Positions 21,251-31,100 of a DNA stretch of 48,850 nt are shown one piece after another. Position 1 is the stretch's first letter. Every line of letters starts with the position of its first letter. The translations under genes and the position numbers were made by a program. Below the pieces are notes generated by a model. The model worked only from the letters and a program-made list of their open reading frames with translations, ran no database searches and was not told the origin of the DNA. Source of the stretch: Candidatus Eiseniibacteriota bacterium (GTDB taxonomy: Bacteria; Eisenbacteria; RBG-16-71-46); the NCBI GenBank assembly GCA_041483195.1, contig JBGPFC010000031.1:1-48850 (forward strand), read 5' to 3'.

Positions 21251-21997
21251 CTACGTCCGGGGAATTCGAAGCGAACATCGGTCCTCGCCGCGGACTTGTG
21301 CCTGGTGGAGCACCGCGAGGTTCGCGAGCGCCAACGCGGTCTCGGGGTGGGCCGGGCCGAGCAGGCGCACTTCGGTGGCCAGTGCCCGCTCGGCGATCGG
21401 CACCGCTTCGATGGTGCGTCCCTGGACGTGGAGGCAGGCCGCCAGGTTGCCCAGCGCAGCTGCGGTCTCGCGATGCTCGGAGCCGAGTTGTCGCTCGAGG
21501 ATCGGGAGGGCGCGCCTCAGGAGCTGCTCCGACTCCGCGTGCCGCCCGCGACCGTCCACGATCGCGGCCAGCGCCACCAGGTCGAGGGCGACATCTACGT
21601 GTTCGGGTCCGAGCGCACGCTGGCGCAGAGCGACCGCCGCGCGCGCCAAGGGCTCGCCGCGCGCGAATCGGCCTCGCGCGTGTTCGAGCCCGCCCAGGTT
21701 GTGGTAGATCGCCGCGAACGAAGGATGCCCCGCCGCGAACTCGGATCGGGCGATCGCCAGCGCGCGACGGTAGGCGCGGCGCCCGTCGGCGAACCGGCCC
21801 TGGAATTTGTGGATCATCCCGAGCCGATTGAGAAGCGAGAGCGTGAGCCGCGGGTCCGGCGGGTCCACCCGGCCGGCGATCGCGATCGCATCGCGCATCG
21901 ACTGTTCGGCGCGCTCGTAGCAGCCGGCATCGCACTCGCGCCCGGCCCGGCCACCGAGCCACCGAGCTCGGACGATCCTCAGCCAGCGCCGCATCAT
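21251..21997 (-). CDS. Tetratricopeptide-repeat protein
   Basis: Kinesin-light-chain-type TPRs (LGPEHVDVA, LGSEHRETAAALGNLA, LGPAHPETALALANLA). Confidence 0.8.
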   Translation of the reverse strand: MMRRWLRIVRARWLGGRAGRECDAGCYERAEQSMRDAIAIAGRVDPPDPRLTLSLLNRLGMIHKFQGRFADGRRAYRRALAIARSEFAAGHPSFAAIYHNLGGLEHARGRFARGEPLARAAVALRQRALGPEHVDVALDLVALAAIVDGRGRHAESEQLLRRALPILERQLGSEHRETAAALGNLAACLHVQGRTIEAVPIAERALATEVRLLGPAHPETALALANLAVLHQAQVRGEDRCSLRIPRT

Positions 21998-22075
21998 CGA
22001 GCTCCCGTTCGCTCGTCTACCGGGCGAGGCCAGCCCGGGCCGAAGGGCCTGAATCGGCCCCCGGCCCGCGACCGA

Positions 22076-22192
22076 CTAGGCCTGGAGTCGCGTCCGGTTG
22101 TGATTCGAGGCCAGCCTCGCCGCGCTGATCCCGGGCAGCAGCGCCACCAGTGCCGCGACCGCCACGATCACCATCACCTGCAGCTTCTTCAT
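22076..22192 (-). CDS. Small secreted peptide, 38 aa, with NHN motif (absent from the ORF track)
   Basis: AGGAGG RBS; MKKLQVMVIVAVAALVALLPGISAARLASNHNRTRLQA*; signal-peptide-like N-terminus; GC3-rich codons. Confidence 0.7.
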   Translation of the reverse strand: MKKLQVMVIVAVAALVALLPGISAARLASNHNRTRLQA

Positions 22193-22387
22193 GTCCCGGC
22201 CCTCCTGTGGATTGCGCGCCGCCCCCTCGCGGCCCCGGACGGGGACGCAAGTGGCGGCTGATCCTCAAACGTCTGGGGATCGCGGGGCGAACACACTGGC
22301 GGACTCCCGTCGCGCCCGCCCGCGCCCCCTCGGCGGCACGAGTTTGCGAGTGACACCCGCCTTCGTGGCGGAGTAGCCTTCCGTTCC

Positions 22388-25300
22388 GTGATCGCCCCCA
22401 CCGATCCCCCGCTCCGCATCGCCCTTAGGCGAAGGCTCGCGCGCGCCATCGGTCTGATCTCGACCTTCATCCTGGTGGTCGCGTCGTCCCGTGGATCGAG
22501 TGGTGATTCGACCGGCAAGGCGGGCCGCGCCGGCGAACTCGAAGTGATCCGCGGCATGCAGGCGCTGGGACATTGGGCCGAGTCCGATACGCTCGCCTCG
22601 GCCGCGCTCGAGCGGCTGGAGCGCGACCCGCTGGCCGACTCGCTCGAGATCGCGACGGCCCTCTACCTCCGATCCCGCGCGCGATGGAATACCGTCGGCT
22701 ACGCGGACGGCACGGCGCTGCTCGCCGCCACGCGCTGTCTCGACATCCGCCGGCGCCGGCTCGGCCCCGATCGCCTCGAGGTTGCGGAGGTCCACGATCT
22801 GGTGGCGGGCCTGCTGCGCGGATCGGATCGGGCCGACAGCGCGCTGGTTCATCTCCGGCGCGCGATCGAGATCCGCACCGCGCGGCTGGCGCCCGATGAC
22901 ACCCTGCTGGCCGTCACGTGGGACGCGATCGCCCTCACCCACCGCGACCGTCATGATTTTCACGCGGCGCTCGACGCCTGGACCCGGGCGATCGAAATCC
23001 GCAAACGCTCGGATGGGCCGGAGAGTCCAGCCGTGGCCGCCCTGATCGGCCAGACCGGGCTTTGCTATTCGGAGTTCGGCGATTTCGAGCGAGCGCGCCA
23101 GGCATTTCACCAATCCCTCGACATGTTTGCCAGAACCCGACCCGAGGACCCGCAGCGATGGATCCCGCTCAACCTGCTGGCAGACCTCGAGGGCCGGACC
23201 GGAAACCTGGCCCTCAACGTGGACCTGTCGCGGGAGGCGCTCCGGGTGGTGCGGCTCAATTACGGAGCGGACTCGCGCCGGGCGCTGACGATCCGCTTCA
23301 ACCTCGGAATTGGATTGCTCCAATTCGGCGACTACGAGGGCGCGCGGGAGATGTTCTCGGAGCTGATTCCGCTCATGCGGGCGCAGTATGGGCCAGCCCA
23401 TCCGAGGGTGGTGTATTCCCAGTTCGGCCTCGCAAGTGCGTGCGCGGGCACCGGAGACACGGCGGCGGCGATGCGCGACTTCCGGGAGGTGGAGACGGCG
23501 CTCGCGGCCCGACCCGGACCGCCCGATCCGAATCTCTCGAGCGCTCAGTTCTCGCAGGGCGACCTGCTCCGCCAGCAAGGGCGATTCGCGGAGGCGCGGG
23601 CAATGATCGAACGGGCGATTCGCACCGATCATTCGCGGCCGGGGTCGATGGGCCGTGGGAAGACCACACCGGATGCCTACTTCAACTTGATGATGACGCT
23701 GGAAGCGATGGGTGACACGGCGGCGCTGGACAGCACTCGACGCGAGCTGTCCAGCGTCTACGAGACCTCGGTCGTCCGCTCGACGAGGGAGGCCGCCGCG
23801 CTCCAGTACTACCTGGCGCGCGCAGCCCGGGCGCTGGGCCTCGGCGAGGAGGCCTGGACGCGGGCGCTCGAAGGCGAACGGCTGTCGCGCGAGCGGCTGC
23901 GCCTCAATCTCCAGGCGCTGCCCGATCGGCGCGCGCTCGAGTTCACCCGGCAGCAGGCGGGATACCTGGAGCAGATCCTCGAGCTTTCCCGCGGCCACGA
24001 TCCCGCGCGGCAGGAGGCGGCCTGGGATCGGCTGGTCCGCTCGCGCGGCCTGGTGAGAGCAGACCTGGCCCGCCGCCGAACGCCGCGGGGGTACGATTCC
24101 GATTCAGCAGTGGTCGGCGCCCACGAACACTGGATCGAGGCCCAGCGCGTGCTGGCGCAACGGCTGGTGAATTCTTCTCGATCGAATCTGGATTCGCTCG
24201 CGCGCGCCGCACTCGAGCGGCTGCGCGCGTCCGCCGACGAAGCCGAGGCGGCCTATGCAGGAGTCCTGAAGCGCCGCGGCATCGAGATCGAGCCGCCCGA
24301 CGTCGGGCTCTCCGCGGTCCGCGCGCACTTGCGTCCCGGCCAGGCGCTGGTGTCGTTCTTCGAATCGCACGGGGACCTTCCGAATCTTTTCCCGTGCGGT
24401 TCATGCCACGATTCCTCGATCGTCATCGCCTTCATCGCCCGCGGCGGGGACGAAGCCATCGACCGCATCGAGCTGGGACGCTCGGCCGACCTGCGCGCCG
24501 CGATCGACCCGTGGCGCGAGCGGCTCGGAGTATCGCCAGGGCCCGGTGCACGCGCCGGCGGCCGGGCCGAGCGCGAGTGTCGCCGCGCGGGAAGCGCGGC
24601 GCGGGCTCGCACCTGGGATCGCATCGCGGGGCGGATCGCAGGCGCCGGCGACGTGTTCATCGTCGGTGATGGTCCGCTGCTCGATCTGGCGTGGCAGGCG
24701 CTCCCGGATGGCGCGCACTCCTATCTGGTGGAGCACGGGCCGCAGTTCCACTTCCTCAACGCGGAGCGCGACCTGCTGGAGCCAGCATCGCCCGCCGGCA
24801 CCGGCTCGATGCTCGCGCTCGGCGCACCCGACTTCGATCATGGCGCTTCCGAAACTCGCGACTCGGCGATCCTCGTCACGGCGCTGGTTCGCTCGACCCC
24901 GGATCCGTGTGCGGACGGAGCCTCTGCCCTGCTCGCGCCGCTGCCGGGCTCCGGCAATGAGGCCCGGGATGTAGCGCGCGAATGGCGTGCGAAACCCGGC
25001 CAGGCGGCCGAGTTGCTGTTGGGCCCCGACGCGACCGAGCAGGCATTCAAGCGCGAGGCCCATGACCGCGCGGTGCTCCATCTCGCAACGCACGGCGTGG
25101 TGGCGCGCGACACCTGCGCCGGCGCCGAGCGGGGGGCCCGCGGGCTCGGAGGCATCGCGTCGCTGGAGCCAGCTCCGAAAGGCAGGCCTCCGTTCCGTGC
25201 GATCGCTCCGAAGGACGCGGCGCTGCCGGTGCCGACCCCGTGGATGGGCCGCCGCGTGTGGCTCGCGCTCGCCGGAGCCAATCGCGCGGGCGAGCACGCC

Positions 25301-25669
25301 GATGACGAAAACGAAGGCCTGCTCACCTCCGAGGAAGTCGTGACGCTCGACCTCGCGGGAACCGACTGGGTGGTGCTCTCGGCTTGTCACTCGGGGCTCG
25401 CGGAGCGCTGGTCGCGAGAGGGCACGCTCGGCATGGGACGCGCGTTCCAGATCGCGGGCGCGCGCAGCGTGATCGCCAGCCAGTGGGCGATCGCGGACGA
25501 TGCGACCGGGGAGTGGATGACGTCGCTCTACGCCGCGCGGTCGTCCGGCCAGATCGGAGCGGCAGCGGCCGCAACCTCGGCGAGCCGTGCGGTGCTCGCG
25601 GCGCGGCGGCGCTCGGGCCGCTCGACTCACCCCTTCTACTGGGCGGCGTTCACCACCATCGGGGACTGA
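22388..25669 (+). CDS. TPR-CHAT (caspase-like) protease
   Basis: N-terminal hydrophobic segment; TPRs; HLATHG and VLSACHSG His/Cys dyad; HPFYWAAF. Confidence 0.92.
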   Translation: MIAPTDPPLRIALRRRLARAIGLISTFILVVASSRGSSGDSTGKAGRAGELEVIRGMQALGHWAESDTLASAALERLERDPLADSLEIATALYLRSRARWNTVGYADGTALLAATRCLDIRRRRLGPDRLEVAEVHDLVAGLLRGSDRADSALVHLRRAIEIRTARLAPDDTLLAVTWDAIALTHRDRHDFHAALDAWTRAIEIRKRSDGPESPAVAALIGQTGLCYSEFGDFERARQAFHQSLDMFARTRPEDPQRWIPLNLLADLEGRTGNLALNVDLSREALRVVRLNYGADSRRALTIRFNLGIGLLQFGDYEGAREMFSELIPLMRAQYGPAHPRVVYSQFGLASACAGTGDTAAAMRDFREVETALAARPGPPDPNLSSAQFSQGDLLRQQGRFAEARAMIERAIRTDHSRPGSMGRGKTTPDAYFNLMMTLEAMGDTAALDSTRRELSSVYETSVVRSTREAAALQYYLARAARALGLGEEAWTRALEGERLSRERLRLNLQALPDRRALEFTRQQAGYLEQILELSRGHDPARQEAAWDRLVRSRGLVRADLARRRTPRGYDSDSAVVGAHEHWIEAQRVLAQRLVNSSRSNLDSLARAALERLRASADEAEAAYAGVLKRRGIEIEPPDVGLSAVRAHLRPGQALVSFFESHGDLPNLFPCGSCHDSSIVIAFIARGGDEAIDRIELGRSADLRAAIDPWRERLGVSPGPGARAGGRAERECRRAGSAARARTWDRIAGRIAGAGDVFIVGDGPLLDLAWQALPDGAHSYLVEHGPQFHFLNAERDLLEPASPAGTGSMLALGAPDFDHGASETRDSAILVTALVRSTPDPCADGASALLAPLPGSGNEARDVAREWRAKPGQAAELLLGPDATEQAFKREAHDRAVLHLATHGVVARDTCAGAERGARGLGGIASLEPAPKGRPPFRAIAPKDAALPVPTPWMGRRVWLALAGANRAGEHADDENEGLLTSEEVVTLDLAGTDWVVLSACHSGLAERWSREGTLGMGRAFQIAGARSVIASQWAIADDATGEWMTSLYAARSSGQIGAAAAATSASRAVLAARRRSGRSTHPFYWAAFTTIGD

Positions 25670-25728
25670 AGGTGAGGGCGAGCGCGCGTGAGGCGTGACC
25701 CCTCGCGGTGGGTCTTTCGCTGCGCGAC

Positions 25729-27456
25729 TCAGCGAAGCGGGTTTTCGAGAACGACCTGCCGCACCCAGGTGCCGCGCACCGCCTGTTCGCCTCCCGCCAG
25801 GGCTCGGATGCGATCGAAGAGCGGCGAGGGACGCTGCGGCGATCCGCTCGATGGGATCTCGCTCACGCCCCCGATTCCGCGCAGCCGTTCCACCGCCCTC
25901 GTCTCGATCCGCGCGTACTGCACCGGGCGGCCGGGTGCGGGGGCCGGCAGCTGTGCCAGCTCCGCCTCGAGTTCGGCCACCGGCCCCGGGCTCGCCACCA
26001 CCAGCAGGTGTTCGCGTCCGCCGCGGCTCGTGACGGTCCACGCGGTTTCGTGACCCTCGCGCCTGCCAGGCAGCACGATGATCGAATCGCGCGGCAGCGG
26101 ATTGCGGCGGTCGAACATCGGCTGCGGAAAGAGCACGTAGGTCGCGCCACGCTCGTCGGCGTCGAGGACGTAGACCCAGACCGGGCGCGTCGAGTGGAAC
26201 TCGAGCCTGACGCGGTCGCCCGGCCCGATCCGGTCTCCCGTTTCGAGATGCGTGTCGCCGCCGGGGCCGCGGCGAATGAAGCTGGCGGACACGTCGTAGA
26301 AATTCGTGGGCGGAGTCGGCGCGACGACCGCGGTCTCGGCCGGTTGCCGGTGGTCGAGGCGGACGACCGCGAGCCACGCCAGCGTGGCGGCCACCGCGAA
26401 GGTCGCGGCGAGCAGCAGACCCGAACGCGGCCGGTGCGATGATCCGGTGGCCGCCCGCGGCGAGTCGCCGGCGGCCTCGAATGCCGCGATCAGCCCCGCG
26501 GCACTTTCGAAGCGAGCCTCCGGCTCGGGCGCCATCGCCCGCTCGATCGCGGCGATCAGCGCGGGCGGCGAGCCGGCCCGTGCCGTTCTCAACGGGCGAT
26601 CGGGTCCGGCGGCCACCGCCTTTCGCAGGCCTTCGAGCGTATCGGCGCGGAATGGAGGCGTACCGGCGAGCGCGCAATGCAGCGTGACGCCGAGGGCGTA
26701 CAGGTCGTCCGTCGGTTTCGCGGCGGCGCCCGCGAGCCGCTGGGGGGACATGAACATGGGCGTGCCCGAGAACGGGCCGGGATCGCGCTCCGCCGCGCTC
26801 CGCTGACCGAGACCGAAATCCGTCAGCACCGCCCGGCCCGCGTGCTCGAGCACGACATTCGCCGGCTTCACGTCGCGATGGAGCGTGCCCGAGGCGTGGG
26901 CGGCGCGCAGGGCCAGTCCGAGCTGGGCGCCGAGCCGCGCGACCTCGCCGGCGGCAAGCGGCCCGCGGCGGGCGATCTCGGCCTCGAGCGTTGGCCCGTG
27001 CAGGAACTCCATCCACAATCCAGCTCGCCCGTCGTGCTCGGCCGCGCCGAACACCGTGACCACGTGGGGGTCGCGCACGCGGGCCAGCGTCCGCGCCTCC
27101 TCGAGCCAGTCCGAAGCTTCGCGAGCGCCGTCCTCGCGGGTGCGCGCCAGCTTGAGCGCCACCTCGCGCTGCAACGCAGGGTCCCACGCGCGATACACCT
27201 CGCCGCCGGCGCCCGCTCCCACCCGCTCGAGGAGCAGCAGGTCACCCCAGCGGCCGATCTCGGAGCCGGCGGCGGCCGGCGCGACATCGTGCTGCAGCGT
27301 GTGATTGAACTCGGCCAGGCGCGCGACGTCGCGGAGCGCGCGCAACCGCGCGCGCTGCTCGGGACCCGCCGCGCGCCCCTCTGCGATCTCCCAATCCACA
27401 CGCTCGCCGCTCGCGACGGAATCGAGCAGGGCATCGAGTTCCGAGTCGTCAGACAT
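25729..27456 (-). CDS. Membrane Ser/Thr kinase with C-terminal DUF4384-like domain
   Basis: HRDVKPAN, DFGLG, FMSPQ; TM helix; GDRVRL...WVYVL...VLFP...GREHLLVVAS. Confidence 0.88.
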   Translation of the reverse strand: MSDDSELDALLDSVASGERVDWEIAEGRAAGPEQRARLRALRDVARLAEFNHTLQHDVAPAAAGSEIGRWGDLLLLERVGAGAGGEVYRAWDPALQREVALKLARTREDGAREASDWLEEARTLARVRDPHVVTVFGAAEHDGRAGLWMEFLHGPTLEAEIARRGPLAAGEVARLGAQLGLALRAAHASGTLHRDVKPANVVLEHAGRAVLTDFGLGQRSAAERDPGPFSGTPMFMSPQRLAGAAAKPTDDLYALGVTLHCALAGTPPFRADTLEGLRKAVAAGPDRPLRTARAGSPPALIAAIERAMAPEPEARFESAAGLIAAFEAAGDSPRAATGSSHRPRSGLLLAATFAVAATLAWLAVVRLDHRQPAETAVVAPTPPTNFYDVSASFIRRGPGGDTHLETGDRIGPGDRVRLEFHSTRPVWVYVLDADERGATYVLFPQPMFDRRNPLPRDSIIVLPGRREGHETAWTVTSRGGREHLLVVASPGPVAELEAELAQLPAPAPGRPVQYARIETRAVERLRGIGGVSEIPSSGSPQRPSPLFDRIRALAGGEQAVRGTWVRQVVLENPLR

Positions 27457-28051
27457 GATCGCCCATCGCGTCGGCGAGCCGGCGCAGGGCGCGCGTCACC
27501 GCCACCCGGGCCGCATCGCGGCTCGGGCGATCGGCGATCGCCGCGATCTCGTGGTAGTCGTAGTCGAGTTCGATCCGCAGGTGCAGCAATTGTTGGTCAT
27601 CCTCCGTGAGGGTCGCCAGCGCGCGTTCGTAACGCGTCACCAGGTCGGCCCCGATCGCCAGCTCGAGCGGAGACGGGTCGGGGCTCTCGAGAGTTTCGGG
27701 AACGCCGTCCGGTCCCGGCCGGCGGGCAGCCCACCGGACCGCATCTCGAATACGGTTGAGCACCGCAGAGCGAACATAGGCCTGGAATCCGCCCGGACCG
27801 CGCACCTCGATCTGGTCGAGCCGCTCGAAGGTGCGCAGCAGCGTTTCCTGCACCAGGTCCGCGGTGTCGAGCAGGCTTCGCGCGCGCATCGGCAGCCGGC
27901 CGCTGGCCCACGCGCGGAGCCGCGGCAGGTATCGCGCCATCAGCGCATCGAGCGCGGCCTGGTCGCCCTGCTTCGCTCGCAGCAGGAGCTGAGTCGTGGC
28001 GACGAGCGGTGGCCCCGGTGCCGGCGGCTCCAGGGCTCGAGACGATCGCAT
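27449..28051 (-). CDS. ECF sigma-70 factor
   Basis: AKQGDQAALDALMARY; DTADLVQET; region 4 YHEIAA...RALRRL; stop overlaps the kinase start. Confidence 0.9.
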   Translation of the reverse strand: MRSSRALEPPAPGPPLVATTQLLLRAKQGDQAALDALMARYLPRLRAWASGRLPMRARSLLDTADLVQETLLRTFERLDQIEVRGPGGFQAYVRSAVLNRIRDAVRWAARRPGPDGVPETLESPDPSPLELAIGADLVTRYERALATLTEDDQQLLHLRIELDYDYHEIAAIADRPSRDAARVAVTRALRRLADAMGDHV

Positions 28052-28131
28052 GACTCCCTCGCGCTGGTGGAAGGAAGCGGACGCGCCGCCTGCCGGGTAC
28101 GGCCCCGCGGCGCTCCGCTCCCCGATCGCGC

Positions 28132-31100
28132 CTACCTCAGCAACAGCATCTTCCGCTGCTGCGTGAGGCGTCCCAACTCGAGACGGTAGAAGTAGACGCC
28201 GCTTGCCATGCCCCTCACGGTGAGGTCCACCCCGTAACGTCCCGGGGTCTGGCGCTGATTCACCAGCGTCTGCACCACGCGGCCCTGCACGTCGAACAGC
28301 CTGAGCACCACCTGCTGCGTGGACGGGATCGAGTACACGATGCGCGTGTACCCGCGGACCGGGTTCGGGAAGTTCTGCGAGAGCGACAACACGCGTGGCA
28401 CGCTCGTGTCGATCTGCTCGACGCCGACCAGCAGCGAGTCGCTGCCGCCGAACTGATAGTAGCGCGCCGCGAATTCCTGCAGGTACTGGTTGGTGACGTC
28501 GGGATCGTGAATGATGAGCGTGTTCTCGTTGTTCGAGTTTTCCGCGGCGCTCGACCAGTTGTGCGAGCCGGTGAGGGTCACGGCATCCCAGGTCGGATTC
28601 TCCGCGTCGAACAGGCAGTACTTGTGGTGGAGCAGGCCGGAGGCCCCGGTCTTCAGGCGAATGTCCACCCCGTTCCCGAGCAGATACGAGTACTGCGATC
28701 CGGCGTCGGAGCTGGCGTCGAGATCGCCGCGCACCTTGATGCTCGCCAGGTGCCTGGCCACCAGCGCCGCCGAGATGTCGGTGCGCGTCAGCGTCAGCAG
28801 CTGGAACCCGATCGAGTGCTGCGCTGCGTTGATCCTCGAGATGATCTGAGAGGTCGGGGCGTCGGACGGGCTGAAGTAGCTCTCCACGTCGTGCCCACCG
28901 ATCACGAACTTGTGCGGCGTGTCGTCGAGCTTGCGGGCGCCGAACCGCGACGCGGCTGCATTCGGCGTGTCGGTGCCGCTCCCCCACATCTCGTTGAACT
29001 CGAGGGTGTACGCGTTCGCCAGCGCCAGGTCCTGGACTTCGATCGAGTTCTGGAAGTCGCTGTTGGTGCCGGGGTCGGTCGGGTTCCATGAGCCGGTCCA
29101 CACCCACGCGCTCTCGGCCGCGCCACCGCGCCCGTCGATGACGAAGAACTTGTTGTGCATCAGCCCGAGCCCGTTGTTGGTGGCGTCGAAGCGGTCGGTG
29201 ATCAGCGGAATGCCGCCGCCGCTGATCGCGGTGAAGCCGGAGCCGGTCTTGTTGTCCTCCTCGCAGATGACCCGCACCTTCACGCCCCGGTTCTTCGCGT
29301 TGATCAGCGCGGTGGCGAGCGTGCCGCCCGGAGTGCCGCTCAGGCTGTAGATCGCGGCATCGATCGAACGCTGCGCGTTGTCGAGGCGCGGCACCAGCCT
29401 CGCCGGGAGGTCCTGGTTGCCGTTCGCGGCATGAAGCCACGCGACGCTCGTGTTCACGCTCTTGTTGAAGTACACGTTCATCTGCCCGCTCGACTGCGCG
29501 GGCGATGCGGTGCTGAACAACCGCGCCGGGGCGAAGTTGACGCCGTTCACGTCCTCCGAGCCCACGCTGTAGTCGTACACCGTGGCGGGCGTGAGGCCGG
29601 TCACCGTCACCGCGTGGACCGTCACCGGCGTGGAATCGACGGCGCTGTCGCCGAGCGCGAGCGTGAGTCCGTAGCGGACGATGCTCGAGGACGCGACGTC
29701 GGTGGTCCAATGCAGCTGCACCGAGGTCGGCAGGATGTGGTCCTCGTATGGGGTCGTGAGAATGATCGGACCCGGGTGGGCGATGATGTCGGTCGAATCC
29801 CGCGGCGCGATCTCGTAGTCCGCGGTGTAGGGCGGGCCCGGCGCGGGCGTGCCGGGCTTGAACTGCTTCAGGATCCCGATCACGTCGAAGACGCTCGGCA
29901 CCGGCGGGAACGACGTCGGAATGAAGATGTTGGTGGTGCCGGATGGGTCGGTAATGGTCGACGTGGTCGAGTTGTAGGTCGCCCCGTCGATGCGGATCAG
30001 CCGCCCCTCGTTGGGCTCGGTGTAGTCGGGGTGGAAGGTGGCGGTGACTTCCGCGCAGGTGAGCACCAGGGGTTCGGGGATCGGGCGCCCGGTCGCGTGC
30101 CTCACGAGCAGCGAGAAGTCGGGCTGAAGCTCCGTGATGCCGCGGAACTGAGCAATCGAGCCGGTCACGGTGAGACTGTCGCCCGGCTGGATCGAGAACG
30201 GCGGCAGGTCAAAGCTGAAGATGTCGATCCCGGCGGTGCCATCCTGCAGGTAGAGATCGGTTCGGACGCTGCTCAGGTTGGCGGTGACGACGCCGGTCAC
30301 GGTGGCCTCGGCGCCCGGCGCGTAAGGAGAGGCGGCAACGCCGGAGGCGTCGTTCACGTGCACGACGACGATCGGCACCAGCTCGAGCACGCGCACGTGC
30401 GGATACACGAGAATCTGCGTGAGCGTTCCCGAGGCGACCGCGGTCTTCACCGCGAAGGTGGAGTTCCCGCTCGTGGGCGGCGAGGTGAGGTTCGCGATGG
30501 TGACGCTGCCGCTGTCGGCTGTGCTCAGCGTCGCCGAGGCGATGAACAGCGTGTCGCCGGCGATGGTCGGCGTCGCGCTCGCGAAGCCCGGCCCGCTCAG
30601 CACCACCGACCCCACGTCGTGCGACCACGTCCAGTCGGACGGCACGATGATCGAGAGGTTGGTGAGCGTGTACGTCGAGTCCTGCCCGAAGGCGATCTTC
30701 AGCGAATCGAGCGAGCGGCTGGTATACACGCTCACCGGCGCGATGCTCGCGCGCCCGGTTCCGTTTCCTCCCACCACGAAAGTCGGCTCCGGCGGATTGG
30801 AGCTGTTCTGCGGATTGCGGCCGTGGGTCTGGGTGACATAGTCGGCGGAATTGTTGTTCGTGTCCTGCCCGTTCCCGAGCAACTGGTGCGCTCCCCCGGC
30901 CGCAAGCGAATCGGCGGTGGACGTGGATATCGCCTTGCGCTCGACGCTGTTTCCGTTCGCGCTGATGCCGTGGTTCGGCGCGGCCGAGCCCTCGGGATTG
31001 ACCGCCGTACCCCAGCCCACCTTGTCCACCTCGACGGCGGACGTGTCGATCATGCGCTCGTGGCCGTTGTCGGCCATACCCTGTCCCGATCCCCACAACC

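Noticed and set aside
21223..21269. Overlapping inverted repeats between the TPR gene and the repeat-protein gene
   Set aside because: Short stems, no U-tract, single occurrence; not enough to call a terminator or operator
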